Assembly: GCA_030830415.1 (NCBI GenBank)
Contig: JAURNB010000056.1
Coordinates: forward strand, 1-33,131
Source of the DNA: Acidimicrobiales bacterium
Lineage (GTDB): Bacteria > Actinomycetota > Acidimicrobiia > Acidimicrobiales > Ilumatobacteraceae
DNA: 33,131 nucleotides
Direction: 5' to 3'
Part shown: positions 6,871-14,904 of the stretch, one piece after another
Position numbering within the stretch: the first letter of the stretch is position 1
Layout: each line of letters opens with the position of its first letter
The notes under the pieces: generated by a model
The model's input: only the letters and a program-made list of their open reading frames with translations
The model's database searches: none
Told to the model about the DNA's origin: nothing
Program-made: the position numbers and the translations under genes

Positions 6871-9318
6871 ATGGCTGATGCCATCCGCGTGTCTGGTGCC
6901 GTTTCAGGTACCGATAAAACTCTGTCTTTTGAGACAGGCAAACTTGCCCAGCAGTCACAGGGCGCAGTAGTTGCGAGCCTTGGCCGCACCACCGTACTGT
7001 CCACCGCAAACGCCGCTAAGGGTGTTCGCGACGGAATTGACTTCTTCCCACTCACCGTCGACGTAGAAGAGCGTGCCTATGCAGCAGGAAAAATTCCTGG
7101 TGCATTTTTCCGCCGTGAAGGTCGCCCAACAGAAATGGCAATTCTTACTTGCCGTCTCACCGACCGCCCGTTGCGCCCTGCTTTCCCCGATGGCTACCGC
7201 AATGAAACACAAATCGTGCTCACCATCATCGGTGCCGACCAGGAAAACCCACACGACATTTTGTCAATCAACGCTGCATCCGCATCGCTCATGATCAGTG
7301 GTATTCCTTTTGAAGGCCCAATTGGCGCAGTGCGCGTTGCTTACAGCACTTCAGGTGAATGGATTCCACACCCCACCTTCGAAGAGAGTGAAGCAGCAAC
7401 ATTCGAACTCGTCGTTGCAGGTCGTCAACTCGACGACGGTGACGTTGCCATCATGATGGTAGAAGCCGGCGGCACCGAGAAGAGCTTCTCGTACTATGCC
7501 GATGGTGCACCAAAAGTAAATGAGCCAGTATTGGCAAGTGGTCTTGAGGCATCAAAGAAGTGGATCAAAGAGTCCATTGGCTTGCAGCGTCAACTTGTTG
7601 CAAGTGTGATTGCAACAAAGGGCCCCATTGAGCCACTGAAGTACACACCCGTTCTTGACTACACACCAGAAGTGTTTGCTGCTGTTGAAGGTGTTGCCAC
7701 CACAAAGTTGGCTCCAGCAGTTGCTATTTCATTGAAGAGCGCTCGTAACGAAGCAATCGATGCAGTTACTGCAGAGACAGTTGCTGCGTTGTGTGGATCT
7801 TCAGAAGCACCTGGTGCTTTTGCTGGTCAGGAAAAAGGCGTCAAAGAAGCAGTGCGTAGTTTGACCAAGAAATTGGTCCGTAAGCGCATCGTTGAAGAAG
7901 GCATGCGCATCGACGGTCGTGGACCTCGCGATCTGCGCCCTGTCTCGTCTGAAGTAGGCATTTTGGCTACTGCACACGGCACCGGACTTTTCCAGCGTGG
8001 AGAAACTCAAGTCATGAACGTGTGCACGCTCGCAATGCCACGCATGAACCAGTTGCTCGACACATTGACTCCTGAAACCACCAAGCGTTTCATTCATCAC
8101 TACAACATGGCTCCATGGGCTAACGGCGAAACCGGCCGCGTTGGTTCACCAAAGCGCCGCGAAATTGGCCACGGTGCATTGGCCGAGCGTGCGTTGTTGC
8201 CAGTAGTGCCAAGCCAAGAAGATTTCGCTTACACCATTCGTTTGGTGAGTGAAGTGATGTCGTCTAACGGTTCCACCTCGATGGGTTCGGTCTGCTCAGC
8301 AAGCCTTTCACTCATGGATGCTGGTGTGCCCATCATTGCTCCTGTTGCAGGTATCGCAATGGGTTTGGTGTTTGCTGAAGGCAAGTACACCACGCTCACC
8401 GACATCTTGGGTGCAGAAGACGCATTCGGCGACATGGACTTCAAAGTTGCCGGTACTGCCGATGCCATTACGGCTTTGCAGCTCGACACAAAAATTGAAG
8501 GCATCCCAGCCGATGTTTTGATTGCTGCTCTCGACCAAGCAAAAGATGCACGTCTGGCCATTTTGGAAGTCATGAATGCGGCACTTGCTGCTCCACGTAG
8601 TGAAGTTGCTGAAACCGCTCCAAAAATTGTTTCCTTCACCATTCCACTCGACAAAGTCGGAGAGGTCATTGGGCCAAAGGGCAAGGTCATCAACACCATT
8701 CAGCAAGAAACTGGTGCCGACATTGCAGTGAGCGACGACGGTGCTGTTGGCATCATCACCATTGGTTCTCCAGACTCGGTAAAGGTGAACGATGCTCGCG
8801 AGCGCATCATGGCAATTGTTCAGCCACCAACTGCAGACCTCGGTGGCATTTACAACGGTCGCGTTGTGAGCATCACCAAGTTCGGTGCATTCGTCAACAT
8901 CCTTCCTGGACGTGACGGTCTGGTGCACATTTCGAAGTTGGGTAACGGCAAGCGCATCAACAATGTGGAAGACGTGCTTGAACTCGGCCAAGAAATTCAG
9001 GTTCGTGTTGACGACATCGACGACAAGGGCAAGGTCAGCCTCAGCCCCGTTGGTGAAGGCTTCGAATCAAGCGGTGAAGCAACTCCTCGTGAAGAGCGTG
9101 CCCCTCGTGAAGAACGCGCATCGCGTGCTCCTCGTGAAGAGCGTGCCCCTCGTGCCGAGCGCAGCGATGCGCCCGACAATGCGGTGGCTGTGAGCTTTGA
9201 AGACGAGTTCGAAAGTGAACTCTCTGGCGAACTCGGCGACCTCGGCCCCGGCCGCGAAGCGGGCAACCGTGGTGGTGGCCGTGGACGTGGCGACGACAAT
9301 CGCCGTCGTCATCGCTAA
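6871..9318 (+). CDS. pnp: Polyribonucleotide nucleotidyltransferase (PNPase) with C-terminal Arg/Glu-rich extension
   Basis: 815 aa with two RNase-PH-like halves, a KH domain ('LDKVGEVIGPKGKVINTIQQETGADI') and an S1 domain ('GRVVSITKFGAFVNILPGRDGLVHISKL'). A strong SD (AAAGGAGGA) sits 4 nt before the ATG. It follows rpsO. About 88 extra low-complexity C-terminal residues. Confidence 0.95.
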   Translation: MADAIRVSGAVSGTDKTLSFETGKLAQQSQGAVVASLGRTTVLSTANAAKGVRDGIDFFPLTVDVEERAYAAGKIPGAFFRREGRPTEMAILTCRLTDRPLRPAFPDGYRNETQIVLTIIGADQENPHDILSINAASASLMISGIPFEGPIGAVRVAYSTSGEWIPHPTFEESEAATFELVVAGRQLDDGDVAIMMVEAGGTEKSFSYYADGAPKVNEPVLASGLEASKKWIKESIGLQRQLVASVIATKGPIEPLKYTPVLDYTPEVFAAVEGVATTKLAPAVAISLKSARNEAIDAVTAETVAALCGSSEAPGAFAGQEKGVKEAVRSLTKKLVRKRIVEEGMRIDGRGPRDLRPVSSEVGILATAHGTGLFQRGETQVMNVCTLAMPRMNQLLDTLTPETTKRFIHHYNMAPWANGETGRVGSPKRREIGHGALAERALLPVVPSQEDFAYTIRLVSEVMSSNGSTSMGSVCSASLSLMDAGVPIIAPVAGIAMGLVFAEGKYTTLTDILGAEDAFGDMDFKVAGTADAITALQLDTKIEGIPADVLIAALDQAKDARLAILEVMNAALAAPRSEVAETAPKIVSFTIPLDKVGEVIGPKGKVINTIQQETGADIAVSDDGAVGIITIGSPDSVKVNDARERIMAIVQPPTADLGGIYNGRVVSITKFGAFVNILPGRDGLVHISKLGNGKRINNVEDVLELGQEIQVRVDDIDDKGKVSLSPVGEGFESSGEATPREERAPREERASRAPREERAPRAERSDAPDNAVAVSFEDEFESELSGELGDLGPGREAGNRGGGRGRGDDNRRRHR
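9085..9154 (+). repeat. In-frame direct repeat inside the pnp tail (25-nt exact copies 45 nt apart)
   Basis: 'cctcgtgaagagcgtgcccctcgtg' occurs at 9085-9109 and again at 9130-9154. It encodes PREERAPR units. Confidence 0.85.
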
Positions 9319-9351
9319 ATCTTCCCCAACAAACAAAAACGCAATTCATCC

Positions 9352-9390
9352 ACAACCCCGACCGACTACGGTCGGGGTTGTGACGTTTTC
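9352..9390 (+). terminator. Intrinsic-terminator-like hairpin after pnp
   Basis: ACAACCCCGACCG-acta-CGGTCGGGGTTGT forms a perfect 13-bp stem followed by GACGTTTTC. It starts 34 nt after the pnp stop. Confidence 0.7.
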
Positions 9391-10159
9391 ATCTCAGAAT
9401 CCCATTCGTGTTGGTGTTGTAGGTGCAGGGGGCCGCATGGGTGCCACCGTGTGTGACGCCGTTGTTGCCGACCCGCAGTTAGTGCTTGTTGCCGCTGTCG
9501 ACCCCATGCATGCTGGCAAGGAATGCCACGGCCTCACTATTTCTGGCGAACTAAAAGCACTTGCCGATGCGCAAGCCGAAGTGGTTGTCGACTTCACGGT
9601 TGCCGCTGCAGCACGCGTTACTTTGCCATGGCTTGGCCTGCACGGAATGCACGCAGTGGTGGGCACCACAGGTTTCAACGAAGCCGACATGGCAACGTTT
9701 AAGGAATCATTTATGAGTAGCAGCTGCCTCATTGCGGCAAACTTCGCCATTGGTGCAGTGCTCATGATGAAATTCGCCGAACAGGCAGCTCCATTTTTTG
9801 AAACTGCAGAGATTATTGAGTTCCATCACAATGCGAAAGCCGATGCGCCGAGTGGAACCGCAATGGTCACCGCACAACGGATGGCTGCTGCAAGTAGTGA
9901 ATGGGCAAAAGACCCAACGCAACATGAGGTTGCTTCAGGAGCACGTGGCGGTGAAGGCCCCGCAGGTATTCGTGTTCATGCGGTGCGCATGGTGGGCATG
10001 ACTGCATCACAAGAAGTCATCTTGGGTACCGCAGGTCAAACACTTGTCATTCGCCACGATTCAAATGATCGTGTGAGCTTTATGCCAGGAGTCGTTCTTG
10101 CTTGTAAGCGTGTTGCCGAAACACCGGGCATCACACTCGGTATCGATTCGCTTCTTTAG
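9380..10159 (+). CDS. dapB: 4-hydroxy-tetrahydrodipicolinate reductase
   Basis: Rossmann N-terminus 'IRVGVVGAGGRMG' and the DapB signature 'EIIEFHHNAKADAPSGTA'. GTG 9380 is the only canonical in-frame start between the pnp stop and the conserved N-terminus. The ORF-track start at 9197 lies inside pnp. Confidence 0.88.
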   Translation: MTFSSQNPIRVGVVGAGGRMGATVCDAVVADPQLVLVAAVDPMHAGKECHGLTISGELKALADAQAEVVVDFTVAAAARVTLPWLGLHGMHAVVGTTGFNEADMATFKESFMSSSCLIAANFAIGAVLMMKFAEQAAPFFETAEIIEFHHNAKADAPSGTAMVTAQRMAAASSEWAKDPTQHEVASGARGGEGPAGIRVHAVRMVGMTASQEVILGTAGQTLVIRHDSNDRVSFMPGVVLACKRVAETPGITLGIDSLL

Positions 10160-10773
10160 TTTCCGTTCGTACCGTCGTGGTCAGGCGGTGAAAGAGGGCG
10201 TCGCTTGTTCATTTGGAATGCTGAAATGGCGAAGAGTCCGAGCACGATAAACCATTGGTAGCGCTCAATTGATTTCAAGAACCAACGCACTTGGTCTTGA
10301 AAGATGTCTCCGCCAATGCGCATCACCACGAGGCGAAAGCAAATAGCAGGAATGACAACTGCAAAAAATTGGCGTATACGCATTTGGCGATGTCCGACGA
10401 GCACGCACACGACGTTGCTTCCTGGCATGAAAAAGAGCATCAGCCAGCCAGCCTTTTTTACGGCATTTTCTGTCCAGCGGTAGAGCGCAGGCATTTCACC
10501 AACGTTGTCTTCCACCCAGCGCACGGTGCGGTCGCCATACCATCGCCCGACGAAATACAGAGCAGTAGCCGCAGCCAAAATACGCAAAAATCCGATGATG
10601 AAATAGGGGAGAGGCGAGGTGAAAGGTACCGATCCAAAAAGATTGCGGTTTCGCGACGACATCGCGAGAACGAGAAGTGGGCGTTCGTCAACGAGTGCTG
10701 GGCCAATATTGGTGCCAATTGTGCCGCATATGAAAAGAAACGAAGTGAGGGCCAAAACTGTTTTGCGCACCAT
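10156..10773 (-). CDS. Integral membrane protein, possibly DedA/TVP38 (VTT-domain)-like
   Basis: 205 aa with several hydrophobic helices and a 'FFMPGSNVVCVLVGHRQMRIRQFF' segment reminiscent of VTT-domain proteins. The family assignment is tentative. Its stop overlaps the dapB stop by 4 nt (convergent). Confidence 0.6.
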   Translation of the reverse strand: MVRKTVLALTSFLFICGTIGTNIGPALVDERPLLVLAMSSRNRNLFGSVPFTSPLPYFIIGFLRILAAATALYFVGRWYGDRTVRWVEDNVGEMPALYRWTENAVKKAGWLMLFFMPGSNVVCVLVGHRQMRIRQFFAVVIPAICFRLVVMRIGGDIFQDQVRWFLKSIERYQWFIVLGLFAISAFQMNKRRPLSPPDHDGTNGN

Positions 10774-10817
10774 GGCAACTTATCGCCTCGCCCTGCAAGA
10801 TGCCCTACGCTTGGCGT

Positions 10818-12443
10818 ATGCAAGGACTCATGCAAAACACGCCACTGACCACTGTTCACCTTTTTGACCGTGCGGAAAAATACCACCGCAATAAAACGGT
10901 GATCACCGCAACTCCGCGTGGGAAAGAGACTGTTACTTATGGCGACTGGGCGCAACGAACCCGCAAGTTAGGTGGAGTGCTCAATGATTTGGGTATTTCT
11001 GAAGCAGGTCGAGTCGCTACTTTCGCATGGAATACCGCACGGCATTTGGAGTTGTACTTTGCTGCACCATGCACGGGTCGTGTGCTGCACACCTTGAATA
11101 TTCGGCTTTTTCCTGAACAACTCACTTACATTGTGAACCATGCCGAAGACGAAGTGATTTTTTGCGACAAGTCATTACTTCCACTTCTTGCACCGCTCTT
11201 TCCTACTTTTCATACGGTGAAACATTTAGTGGTGATGGACGACGGCCCGGGTGATGTTCCGCAATGGCCAGGTGTGCAAATACATGACTATGAAGAGTTG
11301 CTCAGCAAAGCTTCGCCAGTTGAATTTTTAGTAACAGATGAAAACCGTGCAGCAAGCATGTGTTACACCAGTGGCACTACTGGCAATCCGAAAGGCGTGG
11401 TGTACAGCCACCGCAGTACGTACCTGCACACATTCGGCGCAATGACGGTCGACAGTTTGGGCGCGCGCGAGAGCGATGTGATTTTGCCAGTAGTTCCGAT
11501 GTTTCATGCCAACGCATGGGGTCTTGCACACGCTGCAGTTGCTTCTGGTGCGTCATTGGTGATGCCAGGTCCAGATCTTTCGGGTAAAGCCATTGCGCAA
11601 CTCATCGTGGAAGAAAAGGTCACTGTTGCAGCAGGCGTCCCGACTATTTGGATGGGTGTTCTTCCCGAGCTCAAGGGTCGCGACACCTCGTCGTTGCGCG
11701 CTATTCCTTGTGGTGGTTCCGCAGTGCCGAAAGCATTGAGTGAGGCGTATCGCGAACAAACAGGCTTGCCTATTTTGCAGGCATGGGGGATGACCGAAAC
11801 AAGCCCCATTGCTTCTACGTGCACGTTGAGTGCCGCCGACTTGTTGTTGTCCATCGATGAGCAAGCTGAGTTGCGCACCACTGTGGGGCAAATCAACTTC
11901 GGTGTTGAGTGTCGCGTGGTGGAACCCGACACCATTAACCCAGTTGCATGGGATGGCGAAACAAGTGGCGAGTTGCAGTGCTCGGGTCCGTGGATTGCTG
12001 CCAACTATTACAACGACGACCGTTCGGCAGAGAGCTTTACCTCTGATGGTTGGTTGCGCACAGGTGATGTTGCCACCATGGATGCCGATGGGCGAGTGCG
12101 ACTTGTTGATCGCACAAAAGACCTCATCAAGAGTGGTGGTGAGTGGATCTCTTCGGTTGACGTGGAAAATGAGCTCATGGCGCACCCAAAAATCAAAGAA
12201 GCTGCAGTAGTGGGCGTGCCACACCCGCGATGGTCGGAACGCCCGTTGGCCTGCATTGTGGTGGAGCCTGGTCAGAGCCTCACTAAAGAAGAGGTAGTGG
12301 AGTTCCTGGTACCGCGTTTGGCCAAGTGGCAATTGCCTGACGATGTGGTGTTCATTGACGAAGTACCCAAGACCAGCGTGGGGAAGTTCTCGAAAAAGAC
12401 CCTCCGCGACCGGTTTGCCACCTACGTGCTGCCCACGATCTAG
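10818..12443 (+). CDS. Acyl-CoA synthetase (AMP-forming fatty-acid--CoA ligase family)
   Basis: AMP-binding motif 'YTSGTTGNPKGVVYSHRS', then 'GWLRTGDVATMDADGRVRLVDRTKDLIKSGGEWIS'. The N-terminus 'MQGLMQNTPLT' at ATG 10818 resembles typical FadD-type starts. The ORF-track start is 10800. Confidence 0.88.
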   Translation: MQGLMQNTPLTTVHLFDRAEKYHRNKTVITATPRGKETVTYGDWAQRTRKLGGVLNDLGISEAGRVATFAWNTARHLELYFAAPCTGRVLHTLNIRLFPEQLTYIVNHAEDEVIFCDKSLLPLLAPLFPTFHTVKHLVVMDDGPGDVPQWPGVQIHDYEELLSKASPVEFLVTDENRAASMCYTSGTTGNPKGVVYSHRSTYLHTFGAMTVDSLGARESDVILPVVPMFHANAWGLAHAAVASGASLVMPGPDLSGKAIAQLIVEEKVTVAAGVPTIWMGVLPELKGRDTSSLRAIPCGGSAVPKALSEAYREQTGLPILQAWGMTETSPIASTCTLSAADLLLSIDEQAELRTTVGQINFGVECRVVEPDTINPVAWDGETSGELQCSGPWIAANYYNDDRSAESFTSDGWLRTGDVATMDADGRVRLVDRTKDLIKSGGEWISSVDVENELMAHPKIKEAAVVGVPHPRWSERPLACIVVEPGQSLTKEEVVEFLVPRLAKWQLPDDVVFIDEVPKTSVGKFSKKTLRDRFATYVLPTI

Positions 12444-12470
12444 AAAAAATAGGTTTCTGTGACATTTGTC

Positions 12471-12505
12471 TTGACAGTGAGACACTTTTCGTTTTAGTGT
12501 CTCAC
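12471..12505 (+). promoter_or_regulatory. Putative promoter with overlapping inverted-repeat operator for the TetR gene (leaderless mRNA)
   Basis: TTGACA (12471-12476), an 18-nt spacer, then TAGTGT (12495-12500, fits TANNNT). The ATG at 12507 lies 7 nt after the -10 element. A perfect inverted repeat GTGAGACAC(12477-12485)-N11-GTGTCTCAC(12497-12505) spans the spacer and the -10. No SD is present. Confidence 0.55.
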
Positions 12506-12506
12506 T

Positions 12507-13073
12507 ATGACTTCTGACGAAACCCGCGTTCTCGACGCAGCTTTGGGCAGTGTTGAACGCTTTGGGTTCAGCAAAGTCACCATCGACGACATCACAGCAG
12601 CTTCCGGTGTGTCGCGCGCCACTATTTATCGATTGTTTCCGGGTGGGCGCGAAGTTCTTTTTGAAGCAATGCGTCTGCGTGAATTAGAGAGATTCTTTTC
12701 TCGTTTGCAGAGTGCTGCAGCGGGGTCGCTCAATCTTGAGGAACTTCTCACACGTTGCATCGTCTTTTCCTCTCGTGAATTGCAAAACGACCAACACCTT
12801 GCGGCGATGCTTGCTAGCGAGCGCGGCGAGGCACTTGCAAATCTCACGGTCGATGGAGTGCCTCGCATTATTAATGTCGCAACTCAATTTTTTGTGCCAC
12901 TCGCCGAAGAGTTTGTTTCGCCCGAGACCGCAATTCAAATCGTCGAAGTGCTGGTTCGGCTCGTTATCTCGTACTTCCTTGCGCCAAGTATGCGAGTCGA
13001 CTTCACCAGCGAAGACAGTGTTCGCGCTTTCTTAGAGTCTTTTAGTTTTCTTAATGATCTAGTACAGCAATAG
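12507..13073 (+). CDS. TetR/AcrR-family transcriptional regulator
   Basis: 188 aa with the N-terminal HTH 'FSKVTIDDITAASGVSRATIYRLFPGGREVLFEA', typical of TetR family proteins. Confidence 0.88.
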   Translation: MTSDETRVLDAALGSVERFGFSKVTIDDITAASGVSRATIYRLFPGGREVLFEAMRLRELERFFSRLQSAAAGSLNLEELLTRCIVFSSRELQNDQHLAAMLASERGEALANLTVDGVPRIINVATQFFVPLAEEFVSPETAIQIVEVLVRLVISYFLAPSMRVDFTSEDSVRAFLESFSFLNDLVQQ

Positions 13074-13084
13074 GGGGAAATACC

Positions 13085-14212
13085 ATGACCGCAATTGAAT
13101 CACACGACGCAGAAATCTTGGGGCGCACCGATGTCAACGACATTGAAGCCATCTTGGGTGTCACCAATACCGACGTTAATGAAATTACGCATATGGTGAA
13201 GAACAATGCCGACACGTTGTTCTCTTGGGACTATTCATTAGCCCGCCCGCAGTTGCGCAAGTTGTACGAGAAGGCAAAGGTGGGGCAGTGGAATGCGACC
13301 ACCGATCTCCCATGGGAAACACCCGTCGACGTTGAAGGCACTATTGCAGCCGACCAAGCAGCAATTGGTCGTGGTTTCGACATGAGCCTGTATGGCGACA
13401 CACCTGTGAAGAACTGGGAGCAAAAAGAATGGCTCGAATTCGGTGTACAGGCTCGTAAGTGGAGCTTGTCGCAGTTCTTGCACGGTGAACAAGGCGCTCT
13501 CATTTGTACCGCAAAGATTGTAGAAACTGTGCCCTGGTACGACGCCAAGTTGTACGCCAGCACGCAGGTAATGGATGAAGCACGCCACGTAGAAGTGTTT
13601 GCTCGCTACCTCGATGAAAAGCTTGAAGGCGGCTACCAAATTAATGCGCACCTTCGCGCATTGCTCGACGACATCGTTACCGATAGCCGCTGGGACATGA
13701 CCTACTTGGGTATGCAAATCATGGTCGAGGGTCTTGCCCTTGCAGCATTTGGTTACATGCACCAACTCACCGGCGAGCCGCTATTGAAGAAGTTGTTGCG
13801 TTATGTCATGAGCGACGAAGCACGTCACGTTGCATTCGGTGTGCTTTCCTTGCAAGAGGTGTACGCACAAATGAGCGACGTAGAAATTAAAGAGCGTCAG
13901 ATTTTTGCTTTCGAAGCAAGCTTGCGCATGCGCGATCGTTTCTTGCAGCAAGAAGTGTGGGAGCGCATGGGCATCGACCCACGCAAAATCATGCCAGTTG
14001 TTCTCAATGACCCCACGCGTATCTTCTTTCAGCAGATGTTGTTTTCGAAAATTGTGCCGAACTGTAAAAAGCTCGGCCTGCTCGACCGCAACGATTCGTG
14101 GCTGCGTCGTCGGTTCGAAGAAATTGGCGTCATCCAGTTCGAAGACTTCGAAGATACTGGCGAAGAGTACATGGCCTTCGAAATCGGGAAAGACATTACG
14201 GCTCCTGCCTGA
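13085..14212 (+). CDS. Ferritin-like diiron-carboxylate protein (AurF-like N-oxygenase / soluble desaturase superfamily)
   Basis: 375 aa with two E-(x29)-ExxH units: E135 ('HGEQGA') + 'DEARH' at 164-168, and E215 ('VEGLA') + 'DEARH' at 244-248. An SD (GGGGGA) precedes the ATG, which lies 11 nt after the tetR stop. Confidence 0.7.
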   Translation: MTAIESHDAEILGRTDVNDIEAILGVTNTDVNEITHMVKNNADTLFSWDYSLARPQLRKLYEKAKVGQWNATTDLPWETPVDVEGTIAADQAAIGRGFDMSLYGDTPVKNWEQKEWLEFGVQARKWSLSQFLHGEQGALICTAKIVETVPWYDAKLYASTQVMDEARHVEVFARYLDEKLEGGYQINAHLRALLDDIVTDSRWDMTYLGMQIMVEGLALAAFGYMHQLTGEPLLKKLLRYVMSDEARHVAFGVLSLQEVYAQMSDVEIKERQIFAFEASLRMRDRFLQQEVWERMGIDPRKIMPVVLNDPTRIFFQQMLFSKIVPNCKKLGLLDRNDSWLRRRFEEIGVIQFEDFEDTGEEYMAFEIGKDITAPA

Positions 14213-14220
14213 AAGTAGGC

Positions 14221-14243
14221 ATTATCCAGCAAAATTGGATAAT
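14221..14243. promoter_or_regulatory. 8-bp perfect inverted repeat upstream of the 205-aa ORF
   Basis: ATTATCCA-gcaaaat-TGGATAAT sits in the 74-nt gap between the diiron gene and the next ORF. A TACTCT (TANNNT) -10-like hexamer at 14272-14277 lies 9 nt before ATG 14287. Confidence 0.35.
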
Positions 14244-14286
14244 GAATGCAGTGTTCGTGGTGCGGGGTCACTACTCTTGAAGCGTT

Positions 14287-14904
14287 ATGGCTCATCAATC
14301 TGACCCCTCATTTCGTGCCTTTCATGCGTTACGCATTAAGGGCTTTGCCAAAGTCGACATGGTTGCCGACATCGCAGCAATCACTGAAAAAGAAGCCGAG
14401 GGTTTCCTCCAAGGCCTCCTCGCGCAAGAACTCGCACTCTTCCGCGAGCAACGGGCCCTATGGCAAATCACCCCTGCTGGCAAGGAAGCGCACAAGGCAG
14501 CACTTGCAGCCGATACTCCGAGTGAAGTTGCTGGCGCTTTGAAGCCTTCTTACGAAGAATTCCTGGTCATCAACGAATCATTCAAGCAACTCTGTGGCGA
14601 CTGGCAGTTGAAAGATGGTGCACCGAACGATCACAGCGATGCCGCCTACGACAAGGCTGTCATTGATCGCCTGGTTGAAATGAATGTGAAAGCTGTACCG
14701 GTTGTGGAAGCTCTTGGCGTCATCTTGGAACGCATCATGCCCTATGTGCCGCGTTTGCACTCCACGTCGAAGCGAGTGGTCGCGGGCGAAAACAACATGT
14801 TCACCGGAGTGATGTGCGGGAGCTATCACGATGTGTGGATGGAGCTCCATGAAGACCTCATTCTCACCCAAGGTATCGACCGCGCTGCAGAGGGTTCTTT
14901 CTAA
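14287..14904 (+). CDS. Uncharacterised protein, N-terminal winged-helix-like region
   Basis: 205-aa ORF with protein-like composition and no motif I can name. The N-terminal ~70 aa ('ALRIKGFAKVDMVADIAAITEKEAEGFLQGLLAQELA...WQITPAGKEAH') look like a wHTH. Its TAA stop overlaps the dapA ATG by 1 nt (TAATG). Confidence 0.65.
   Translation: MAHQSDPSFRAFHALRIKGFAKVDMVADIAAITEKEAEGFLQGLLAQELALFREQRALWQITPAGKEAHKAALAADTPSEVAGALKPSYEEFLVINESFKQLCGDWQLKDGAPNDHSDAAYDKAVIDRLVEMNVKAVPVVEALGVILERIMPYVPRLHSTSKRVVAGENNMFTGVMCGSYHDVWMELHEDLILTQGIDRAAEGSF

Noticed and set aside
9197-9379. The long dapB ORF starting at ATG 9197.
   Set aside because: It would overlap the last 122 nt of pnp and run through the pnp terminator. 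The extension is low-complexity out-of-frame translation of the pnp repeat tail, and conserved DapB sequence begins only after 9400.
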